Positions 34,419-46,500 of a stretch of DNA of 64,000 nt are shown here, piece after piece. Source of the stretch: Thalia democratica (Eukaryota); assembly GCA_965202585.1 (NCBI GenBank), contig OZ241833.1:26908001-26972000 (forward strand). The letters run 5' to 3'. The translations under genes were made by a program, and so were the position numbers. Under the pieces are notes generated by a model. It ran no database searches. It was not told the origin of the DNA and saw nothing but the letters and a program-made list of their open reading frames with translations. Position 1 is the first letter of the stretch; every line of letters starts with the position of its first letter.

Positions 34419-37400
34419 CTGAAAAATTTATATAAAAGTTAATATTTAGTTTTTAGAACATAAAAATTGCAATTTTGTTACTTAATCCTTGCGTACTGTT
34501 AAACTGCTTTTTGAAATATTACGTTGTAGTAAACAGTTAGATAATATAAAACTGCTGATTAACACACAATAAAATGCTGGTCTTAGCAAAATTCTCAAAC
34601 TAGAAAAATATACAATCGAGAAAAAAAAAAGTCTATTAGTTTGGTAGTTTATTTCAAAACAAAAATAAATTGATATATTTTTGGATTTTGAAATTAAACA
34701 TCTAAAGAGTTAATACAAAAAGTACTAACTAGTTCAAGCTATAATCTACGTACCTAAGCTGTAAGACTATTGTTATACTTAACTCGTACACCACTTGAAA
34801 TCTGTTAAGTTCTGTAAAATATTGTTCTAATAACTTTTTTTTTTACAAAACAATAGTTTTCAACAAATGCCTCAAGCTAATACAGTGTAATTTGCTAATT
34901 ATTTTCAAAAGCTTGCAATTAAATATAAATTAAAATGTTGGCTTCACTATAAAAACAATTAAATAAGTAAAAATAAATAAAGAAGTTGATTTAAAAAAAA
35001 GCTCATAAATAAACTTTATGACCTGCATTGTCCTAAATTACTAATAGTCGTAATCTAATTGGTTTTAAGTTAGTACAATTAAAAAAGATATTTAACTAGT
35101 TCTAAACTAAGCTATATCATTAAAGATTTCCATAAAACCATTTTGAGTATAAAATAAAACTAAAATTTAGTTAATTCTTTTAAAGTAATAAAACTTATAG
35201 TAACAATCAAACCTAAACTTTGTTCTACTTATACTTTGTTCTACGTATACTTTGTTTTAAATAGTGTTTGTTATTTTATTCAAAATTAAAATTGTTGTTA
35301 AACTTTTCAACTTTGTTAAACTTGGTTTTACTTTTGTTTATTATTGTTCAAGTTGTATTACCTTTGTATAACTTTGTTTTGTTGTTAATTTTGTTGCTTT
35401 TTTAACACTAAAACATTTTTCCCGTATACGCTGTTATCTAATAAGTTAAACAATTTATCTTAAAACTTTGCTGTTTACTGTACACTTTTTCAACCTGTTA
35501 TGAATAACTAGGCTCTTTCACTTGAAAACAATTTTTACTCTTTTTTTTTTAAGTCGCGTAATAAGACTACGTTAATTAAAATTTAAAAGTTAAAAAAAAA
35601 TATTATAAAACCTATCTCAAACTATTTACATTACCATTCTTTTGATGTTAATATAAAACAATTAACTCTAAAACTTTCATAAAACTTTAAGATGCTTATT
35701 GAAGGGTGTCAAAGACAAAACAGTTTTATTTTGGGTTTTTTTTTTAAACAACATCGTTTTAAATTCTGCACGAGCTACTACATAGCTGATGAAATATTTT
35801 TGTGACAAAGTTTCATCAGCTATGTGATCGCTCGTGTTTGATTTTAGCTGTAGTATTAATTAACAAGAAAATATTATATTTCAAAATGATCACCAAATTA
35901 TTTAATACAATTTACTAAACTGTAAAATATTTTTTTAAACTAAGTTAGTTTTTTCAGTCTGCTGTTTTGACAACTTTTTTATACAGATTATCTTTTAAGC
36001 TGGCTTTAAGCAAAATAAATTTCAACGACTTCATGAAAATAACTTTAACTAAATTTACATTGTAAAATTAAGTTTTTTCAGTTAGCTCTTCTATAGGTAT
36101 CTTAAAAACTTTATATAGTTTTAGTCTCGCTTTTAAGTATAAGTATTAACAATTGAGATAATTATATTCTTTACTATATAACATTTTTGCTTTCATTTGA
36201 AATGTCACAATAAGACTCAGCTAGCTAATACTGAAAACAGTTTTTATCGTTATTTTTTGTAATCAATGAAAGGTTACTCAATTCTAAAACCAAAATGTAA
36301 GTTTAGTTTTGTACAATTTTACAACACCTTAACATACTTGTTGAAGGGTTAAAAAAATGATAACTTTTGTGCATTAAGTAATTAATATGATAACACTTTC
36401 TTCATGAACTGCTCTCTAAGAGAAAAAATAGTTTAAAAAAGAAAAAAAAAATTTGTCAGTTATGTGAAAACTGGTACGTAAAACATAACTCTCTTGTTTT
36501 GTAGCAAAAACCCGATCTATTTTTAGAAAGCTCATTAAACTAAGAGTTACTCACATGTTAAACAATTTATAAATAAGTCAATGATGGATTATTACACTGG
36601 TATTTTTATTTTATTATACCGGATATTAGTGTTCTAACAAAACATAGTTTCAATTTTTTAATTTTTTGGTTTTGATTTATTGGTTGACAACCATTAAAAA
36701 AGAAAAATTCGTTCATAGTAAATTTAATACGTTATCAACTTTTTTGAATAATACTAAGCAAGACTAACTAAATTGACTACGAGTTAGACTACAACTTTAA
36801 AATTTTGATACAATTGCAAAACTTTATTTTAAAATAGTTAACTAGAAAATGTTGAAACAGCTTAAATAGAGTTAAAAAAGTATATTCTAGAAAGCTCTGT
36901 TTTAATAGTTATTAACTAAATCAACATCTATTATATTATAAAAATCTAAGATAAATCAAGCTAATCGTTTTATTGATCAAAAACATATCTTCATAAACTA
37001 TTTTAAAGACGTATTTTATTTAAACAAACTAAAAAATATTAAACCAATCAGTGACAAGTAATCGGGAGTGACGAAACGATGTTTGGTTTAGTTTTTGATT
37101 TATTTTTGTTTTATTTGCTATTATTGATATGACGTTGCGATTTTTGACTTGTATTCAATTTTGTAGAAAGATGTATTTAGAAAAAAAATTTTCAATATTT
37201 TTTCTTTTAATAAAATTAAGTTTTATTTCTTAGTGCGTAGATAAGTTTTAATAAGTATATACTTTATATCTTAAACAAATAATAACGAAACAAAAACATT
37301 TGAAATCAATTTGTGTAACGCTTTTTTATTCAATAGTATTATAATAGGTATAAATTGACTGAATAAAACTTAATGTTCAAAATGCAAAATGCTCAGTACG

Positions 37401-38378
37401 CTTTATTCAAGTAAACTAAATAATAAAAAAAGTGTTTTTTTTTTTTTTTCAAAAAATTTTTTTTTTCTATAAAGAAAATTTACTAGTTTTGTATATATTA
37501 TAAAGATTAAACAAAAAGGCTTTTAAACTAGATATAATATAAACGTTTTCTTTTGACTTTGCTATAAAGATTTGTTATAATTAATTAGTTTTTCTATTAT
37601 AATTTCTACAAGTTTAATAAAAAAGTTCAATTTAATAAACTGTGTAGCTAACCATTTTGTGTTAATTAAAGTTATTTATCAAAATACTGTACTAAAACTA
37701 AATTATTAACGTTAAACAGTTTTAACTTGAAACAACTTAAAATATTATTTTTTTTTCACATTAAAAAGTTGTAAAAAGCTAATTTAAAATTTTTAGCCGA
37801 AACTTAGATCACAACTGAAACAACTTTATGTTTTTCTATAAAAAAAAAGTTTTAGAAATTTTTTGTTACTTCTTGTAGCTTTGCTTAATGATGATACAGA
37901 AGTTTTTTTATCTACTGTTATTTCGTTGCGCATTTCACAGTTAAATATTTTATATATGTTATTTACTTATATCAGTTTAACTTATACAAAATATTTCATT
38001 TTGAATTAATTAAAAACTTTTTTTGTATCTTTATTAGAACTGTCACAAGCATTGCGACAAAAAAACGAAAATTACTGAAGTACAAATAAGGCTCTTAAAG
38101 TATTTGAAATAATTATAAGCTTAAAGATCATTAAAAAGTTACCAAAAATTTTTACTTATAAAAAAATATAAGAAACTGAGTCAGGAAAAACCCTGCCATA
38201 AAACTGTTTAAAACAGACATTTAATCAAAGACCGTTTTAAGTAAAACAAAAGCTACTCAGAAGAAAAAGAAATAAAAAATTGAGATTTAACAATCCAGAA
38301 AAAAAATCTGCTTGAAAAAAAAACAAGTAAAAAGTTTAAATTTTTTTTATCATAAAAAAAAGTATGAAAGAAAAATGT

Positions 38379-40012
38379 TTATTTTTTCACGATCCACACC
38401 TCGTTCCTTCTGTACATCAGTCTCATGGGTCCGTCGTACCCGGCCGCGAAGAACTGATCCGTGTCGATCTGATCGTCGGTGATCCCGTCGTCGCTCAGCA
38501 TCTCGTGCAGTTCGGACGCTTCCGTCATCCACTCCTCACCGTTGGCGAACCCGCCGAATTTCCTGCATGGTGCATGAATAAAATAAACAAAAAAAAATCA
38601 TAAATATTTTAAAGAAATGTCATAACACAGATTTGTAGTAATTTTTTCAAGTTGCACAAACTTTCTTTATTATCTTTCTTTCGCTACAAATTTTAGCTGA
38701 TAGTAACTTGATAAGTTTGAATACTATTAAACAGTTTTATACATTTTAAAAGATAATTATTTTTTGATCTATGATAAGATGTAATTTTTTGTTGAGAAGT
38801 TTATAAACAATAACTTGAATTAAGTATAATGTAATAAACAAACCCTTTGTTTCTCTTTAAAAAAAGTATACTTTATATACAAATTTTAAGTATTTTGATA
38901 AACTGTTTAAAAAATCCTTCAAAATAAATGTTTTATAACAACAAATTTATATAAACTGATAATAAATAAAACCTTAAGAAACACTTTTAGTAAGTCATGA
39001 AAAAAATAAATCAAATTTGTTTTATCACTTTTCATCTAAAAACAAACGCTAAAAAAACTAAAATCCACTGACTTGACGTAGACGTCCATGGAGGGAATGT
39101 TAACCTTTGTGACGTCATCATCATTGGGTTCGGGGATGCTGTCCTGGTGCATGTAGAAGTGCATTTTGTAGTCGTTGTTGCAGAACGCGCACTTCCTAGT
39201 TCCAATGCTCGTGATCACAGGGACAGTCATGTCAATTTTCTCCGCTGTTGAAGTTTTTATCAACTTTATACATAATTTAATTTATCCGCAGTGTATCGTA
39301 TATTTTTATTACTTCCAAAAAGTTTTTTAATTAGTCTTTTATATAAGTCTTCTTAAAGTAGTATGAATTATAGACTATAGTCATCGTTATTATTTTTAAT
39401 TTATTTACTTTAGATAAACAAGATTAAACTTTTTATTTTGCTTACTAACTAAACTAGTTTGTTTTCATTTTTTACGTTTTTAGTATGATTTCATTTGAAC
39501 GAAATACTTTTTAATGTTTCAATCAATCAACTAACAGTTTGCGTTGCCACCGTTGATGTATCCGAAGAGGTTCCAGAAACTCTGTGAGCTTTTAGAATCG
39601 AACGTGGGAGCGCTTCTCTCACTCGCCACCCAGTTGGAAGCTGCGTACCTTCTCAACTCGTACCCTTCGAACTTTATCAGAAAATAAAAATTAATTAATT
39701 GTTTTATTAACATTTTAGTGAGTTTTATAATGCAAACAAAAACAAAGTTAAATTATAATTAAAAATAAGATTCGTCTGACTCAGTTAAGTATTTATGATT
39801 AAAAAATATAAAATATTCGTGTTGATAAAAATTTTCATTTTGATAAGTTTAATTTTGCTACCTTGACCTTAACTTTTTGAAAATGTAAATTTAATACAAA
39901 AGCTTACTGTTTCCAAAACTTCATACTCTGGTTGATCATACCCGTTGTACTGGGGCATTGCGTTTGCAAAAGCTGCCAAAAAAATTAATACTAACACACT
40001 TGAGTTGTACAT
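38379..40012 (-). CDS. SOUL/heme-binding protein family (HEBP2-like), 198 aa, with predicted signal peptide
   Basis: Exons 40012-39908, 39671-39536, 39244-39073, 38562-38379 (597 nt, ATG..TAA). Family motifs: PEYEVL, YELRRY, FWNLFGYINGGN, KIDMTVPV, VYVKKFGGF, AGYDGPM..RRNEVW. Confidence 0.93.
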
Positions 40013-40157
40013 CTTTCTCTTACTTGTTGTAGACTGTGATAAGCCAACTCAAACTACTGTCCTTATATACTTATTTTTTATAGTCATGTGATAAATGCTG
40101 TCACAAGCTGAATGTTTACAAGTTGCGCAAACACAAGCAATTTGCTTACGTTTGTGC

Positions 40158-40410
40158 ATTATATAATATTGCGATGATTTTCTCAATGTTTGCTTACTAA
40201 ATTGTGATTGCAACCGAATTTGAAAATATTATTTGGTATAATTTATTAGAAATTAAATATATTTTTTGAATATGTTTCTGTAAACTAAACGTTTTAGTTG
40301 GATAAAAACAATTGCTTGCGATTGGTAATTATATAAGGTTGCAATGATTTTCTCAATATTTGCTTACTTAGTTAAAATTGCAACCGAATTTGACAAAATT
40401 ATTTAGTATA
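40158..40410. repeat. ~83-bp direct repeat (40158-40240, 40328-40410) upstream of the SOUL gene
   Basis: attatataa..gcgatgattttctcaat.tttgcttact...ttgcaaccgaatttga..attatt..gtata occurs twice. Confidence 0.8.
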
Positions 40411-40429
40411 CCTTATATAATTTGTTTTG

Positions 40430-40570
40430 TTCTTTCCAGACTTTAATTAGTAAACTTAGTTTTGGTCAAAGACTTCGTCAGTACTTATAAAATCTTGAAA
40501 GATATGCTAAACAATCATGGAAAATAGTATTTAAACAATTAAACGAAAAAACCTTTACTCAAAAAACAAA
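40430..40570 (-). mobile_element. Solo Penelope-like terminal-repeat fragment with hammerhead motif
   Basis: Minus strand ctgacga-agtc-ttt-gacc-aaaac-taa-gtt (40448-40490); flanks match the arms at 52890-53060 and 53995-54150. Confidence 0.65.
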
Positions 40571-43500
40571 ACAAATTAATTTTAATCTAGAGGTTATATA
40601 AAACGTAGTGAAAAGGTGTATAATAAAGTTTAAGTTTAAGTTAAGTTTCTGCTTTGTTATTTATAGTTTAAAATAATTAAAATTATAATCAAAATAAAAA
40701 AGTCAATAACAAAATAAAATAAAAAATAATAGTAATCTAGATGTAGGCTTCTTTATATTCATAAAATCAAAATATATAATGGTATAATTTATTTAAAATT
40801 AACTATTATTTAGATATATTTATATAAATTAAACTTTTTAGTTGGCGTTTAAAGTTATTTTTTGTGTTTATCTGAAAAGTAATTTTAAATAATTCTTCAA
40901 AAACAGTTTAAAATTAAGATTTTGCAACCGATGTAATAACAATAATTTTTTAGAAAAATATTTGAATTACCAAGACCGTGAATTTTTTTTTTTCTAATTT
41001 ATAGTATAAAATTTATTTAAAAGAAGAATTCCTTTGAATTTTTTACATTTTAAACTTTTTTCATCTTAGCTTCATAAAACTCAGTTAAAATAACAAAATC
41101 ATAAAAATAACAGACATAGTTTCAAATAAAATAAAACAAATTAGGTTTTAAGGTTATGTTGGATCAATTTTTATAAGGTTTTACAACTAAACCTTGAATT
41201 TTTATGTTTGAAATAGTTTTTTTAAGTATTTGTTCATGACAAATCAAAACTTTTTCTCTTGAATCAGAAAGTATGTGAAAGATTAAAAATACCGAATGAT
41301 TTATCATGAAAACAAAGTTTCTCTTTTACCATTACATAATTTGTTTATGTACATAACCAAATCGCTAAATCATAAATCCGATGATTAAAAGCAAACAATT
41401 TTTTATTTATCAAAACATTTGCTTTTATAACAATCTGAGGAGAAGAAAATAAACTAAGTTAGTTATTAATTTAATTAGTTATGAAATAATTTGGTCTAAA
41501 TGAATTAGTTTCGATTTGCTTTGTCTAATTTTCGTACAAACTTTGTTTGAAACTAAAAACACAATCCTGCAGAAAACCATAATTTTAAATCAAATAGTTT
41601 TTAATGTAGCTTTTAAATTTAAACTTATACTTTTAATATATTTTTTTTCTTTTCAAATTGTTTTTTTATGGACTGCTTTGTATACACCTATAAAATAATA
41701 TAATAAACTGCCCTTATTATGATACTGTTATATGTTTTTTAATTTAAAGGTACTTATATTAATTGTTATTGCTACAAAACAAATACTAAACTTAGATAAG
41801 ATAAGAACGTAGCTATACAAAGTGTGAAAAAAGTTTTAATATAGAGCTTTAAGTTATTATATTAAAAGAGAACCTCTGATAACAAAGCTGTGAATGAATG
41901 TTATCAGTGACGTGTTACTAACTTCAAATAAAAAGTTAGTATGTATAGCATTATGTTAGCTAAAACAAGATTTAGTTATTCCTACACAATACATATTTAA
42001 AGAAATTTAAGTTAAGCAAAGTAATTTAATTTACTACTTTGAGACGTTAAAACTGGTAGAAGTATTATTTATGAAAATAAATCTAACAGCTTGATTTGGA
42101 TATTTAAAACTTTTTCAAATTGAACTTACTTTTTTTTTAACTAGCAATACCATTTGAACTTATTAGATTACCTTTTATTTTATACTGCTTGTTTCTGTTA
42201 GAAGTCAAATTTTTTGATATCCAAAAAATGATAACAACCTTAATCCAACATAAGCTGAAGCACTAATTAAAAAGAAGTAAAACTTTAGAAAAGTATCCTA
42301 AAAGCAACATTATACCGGTTAAATTAATTTTGTAAAAATTTTAGGTGCAACAGGTTTCATAAAACTTTAAAAAAAAAGTCCAAAAAATAAGTTTATCTTT
42401 GTATACGTTCAAGTGATTTACGTAGAAAAATATTAAAACACTTGTTAAAAAAACATTTACACATAAAAACTAGTGGCAATAACTTTAATGTTCCAAATTT
42501 TTGTTTTACTCTGTAATTTATTTATATATAAATAAAATTAAGTTGAATCATATCTTTAGATACAGCTTAGTAGAATCGTCCTTTTGGAAAAATTCTAAGA
42601 AATCAAAATACAAGTATACAGATGGTACATTTTTATAAAGTGAAATACGTTCTCACAAAATTTTAAAAGAAACTAAATAAATAAAATTACTATAATGTAC
42701 TACTTTAGACTTTAAAATTTTACAATTATTCGATTAGTAAAAATTTTCGTTTATGAATATAAAATGGTTTTTCTCTTTTTTTTAACTAGTTTTTGACTTT
42801 TTTTTAAATATTTAAAACTTAAACACCATCTAAAAGTTTTATACTTTTAAATATGTAATTATGTTCTATGTAAATTACACTACCTAGGTTTGAAGATACA
42901 CAAAGAAATTTTTCGTACAATTAGGTATATTTTAATTAGCTTCGAATTAGACTACATTTAAAAGATTAATTAGTCAAAAGTTTTATAATTCGAGATAAAA
43001 CTTAAGAACTTTAAAAATTAAGTTAAATGTTTATAAAAAATTTTATGATTGTAATAAAACTAATATATGAATACTAAAATAATAAAATTATAAAACTTGT
43101 TTGAATACCAAGTTTTACACAAATTGTATTACTTTCTTTATCAGCAATTAAATAACATAAAAAATGTTTTCAAAGCTTCTAAGTGAATAACTAGTGTTGA
43201 ATTTGAATTACATTGATTCAGTTAATGTTTTAAGATAAAAATTAAGTATTAAGTATATATATTTAATATTCACGTTGAAACACTGTGGCTAAGATTCGAA
43301 AATTAAAGAAATATTTTCGTAAAATAATAAAAGGAAGCAAAAAAAATGCACATTACCTTTTTTTAATTTGACATATTTCGATTCACTTAGTTTAAGTTTT
43401 GAAATATGTATTTATGTTAGTTTACTTCTATTATTGTTTTAAATAAACTGTTGTGATACGAGTTTAGGTTAAACCGCTCAGTAACAATAAAAATGTTACA

Positions 43501-46500
43501 CTCTATTTTTATATGCTTCTTCAACTCTGGTTTTGACTTCACTTTATTTGCTTGTAACGTTAACTAGAACTGTTTTAATAACTATATTTAGCTTTTTCAA
43601 AACTATATTAAATATGTATAGAAACTTTGTATAGCTATTAATAGCTTTTGATAATTACAAAACAGCTAAAAATTTAGCTAAAAAAAGAATTTATCGCTTA
43701 TATTTACATGTAAACTTGAAAAATAGAAATCATTGTTACTATAAATAATAATTAGACGTACTCTGTAAAAAAAAAAAAGTTCCATTTCGAATCATAAATA
43801 ATACATTGGTTTAAAAGTTTATTGTTATCTCACACAAAAATAAACTTAAAATTGCTATTATAACTTAATAAGTTTAAATGTAACAAAGTTTTTACGTGTA
43901 TTAATTTCTAACTCGTGTAAACGACAAATACTACTTAAAACTTTAGTTCCCTCACATTTTAATTGTATGGTAATTTTTAAAGGTATTAATCTAAAGTCAT
44001 GAAACAAAAAAATATCATTAAAATGATAAAAAATTTCTACTATTAAGATAACACTAACTGTAACAAAATTGTAGTATAAACATGTCAATTAAAGAAATAT
44101 TAAAATGTTTAATTTTAGTGTCTTTTATAAGAAATCAAATGTATTAAAAAAGAGAAAATTATAAATTAACTTTAGATTTTTATGCAAACAACCGAAAACT
44201 TTTATGAATATAATTAAAAGCAATTATATTATTTTTATGATTTCTTTAAATTAAAACTCATTAGTTTGAGCAATTTTTTAGTAAATGTGTAAAAACAAAA
44301 ATATGTCACCTAAGAGTTTGCAAATTATTTTGGTCATTAGTTTGTTTTTCCTATTAATGTCGACGTTCAAGCTACGTAGGTTGCGGTTAATATTGATTTT
44401 CTTTGTAAGTTTCAATTTACAGAAAATGCTTTGAAGTGCACCCGTTGCTCGTAAAGATGGTCGAGCTTTGACCTTTATTAGTTTAGTTTACATTAGTATG
44501 CTTACTTTTACAGCTACTTTTGGTTTTCCGGCTGGAAAAATTTAATGTTTTGGAAATATTATAAAACACCAAGTGCAAAATTTTAAATTATTTGAAGAAA
44601 CTTTCACCTTGACACCAACCGATTTTCTAAAAACCACCCGATGCAAAATGTATGGGATCCGATAAATGCGATCTTAGACTCTCAAGCTGATTTTTTTTAT
44701 ATGTGGCCATTTATTACACAAACACTTTTGGAACAATTTAAAACGATTTGAAGAAATTTTTATGGTGGAATTTCTTGATTTTATGTAATTGTTATCACTT
44801 TTTTTAAGTTTTCTTGATTTTTTCTTTAACTAGAAATGCTACTTTTAAATTCTTTTTAAATCATTTTCAATTGTTCACAATGTGTTTGTGTAATTATTGG
44901 CAGCATCTAAAAAAACTGTAAAAAAAAGCAGTCTAGTATACGATGTCCTGAAAAAGACGTTTAAAAGTTTCCAAGTGGTTTGCAACCTGATAACTAAAAG
45001 TTTTTTTCGTGCAATATATTCGGTCCTAGGGCCAAATATTTTGAGCGCTTTTTTGTCGTTTAATAAATAATAACAGTGTTGTGACCAGACTTGTCATAAT
45101 TTGTTTTTAACTTAATTGAAGCTGTTTAAACGAGAGTGTCGCTAAGCACGCGCTGTAGTAAACAAAGAAAAAAAGTTTAAAAAGTGAGAGAATAAGCTGA
45201 AAAAGAAGTTTATAATGCACTTTAAAGCATTTCTCAACTATATTTTTCCTTTTTTTTATGTTTTAAAATGTTTAAATAAAATTTTGTGTATTAAACATTT
45301 CTCTAATGTTATTTGTGATTGCTTTTATTAGATAATAATTTGTTAATTTCAATAATAAAATGTACTTAACAATAATTGAAACATTGGAAATGATATATTT
45401 TTATGGATTGAAAATATATATTTTGTCAGTAAAGTTAGTATTTTCATTTTAAGATGCTTGCTTAAATTGAATAATAACTTATTTGATTTTGTTTAAAATT
45501 TCTAAATTAATTTGGTTCTACTAAGCGCAATTGTTAATATTTTTTGACCAACCTCAAAATAAAATTAATTATTATTATGTAAGACAAATTTAAAAGGTGC
45601 TTATATTGATATATTTCTACAAAACAGTTTGTTTTAAACAAGAATAAATAAGTGACATTATAATGTAACTATTTTATGTTATATGTAATAGAAATTTTTT
45701 TAAACAAATTAAAACTATAATTTTACAAATTGACATATATAGGGTTAATGTTTACAATTAAAATACATTAATATCTATCAACTTAAAACCATGTATTTTT
45801 TAATCTTTTTTATTGTAGCTTAATAAACACTGTACAAAGTACAAATGTTTTAAATAAAATAAAACTGTAATATTCACATTTAAACTTACAAAAAATTAAG
45901 TTTTTAGTAAACAAAACAAAAGCATTGAAAACTTTTCAAAGAAACAACATATTGTAAAAACAGAAAATTTTAATAAAATCAATGACTTTTGATTAAAAAA
46001 TTGTTCTGTATGATATTGATTAAAAAAAAATCTAAAACATACTTACTTTTTGTTAATATTTTTAATTTGAAGTGTTAATTTTTAACTTTGTTAAGGTAAA
46101 ACTAAAAATCATTCTTAAATAAACAATATCTAAAGCTTTAACACTTAAAACAGCTTTGACAAAAAAAAAACAGATGAAAATTAATATATATTATTATTAT
46201 ACTAAATATATAGCTTGCTTAAGTGTATTGTAGTAACACTGATCTACATAATAATGTGTTAATTTAATAATATTGATTTGCACTTATAACAGTTTTTGTT
46301 TTGTTGGTTGAAAAAGCTTGAAGTCTGCCACTGACAATTTTTCTTGAACATTATGGTTTCAGTCTTTAAGAGGCTAGTCTTTCCATCCTCTTTCATCATA
46401 ATTTAATTGTAAGGATAGTTTCAGAAACAAAATTCCATGGCTTTGCAAGTTGATCTGAAAATACTAATGTTAAATTTTGGAATATTGCATTTAAATTTGT

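Noticed and set aside
37040-37090. gacgaaacgatgtt flanked by taaacca/tggttta as another hammerhead
   Set aside because: No acceptable CTGANGA core or stem II.
44620-44700. HPMQNVWD as a Tc1/mariner DDE motif
   Set aside because: Single short resemblance, no preceding SPD motif, no TIRs found.
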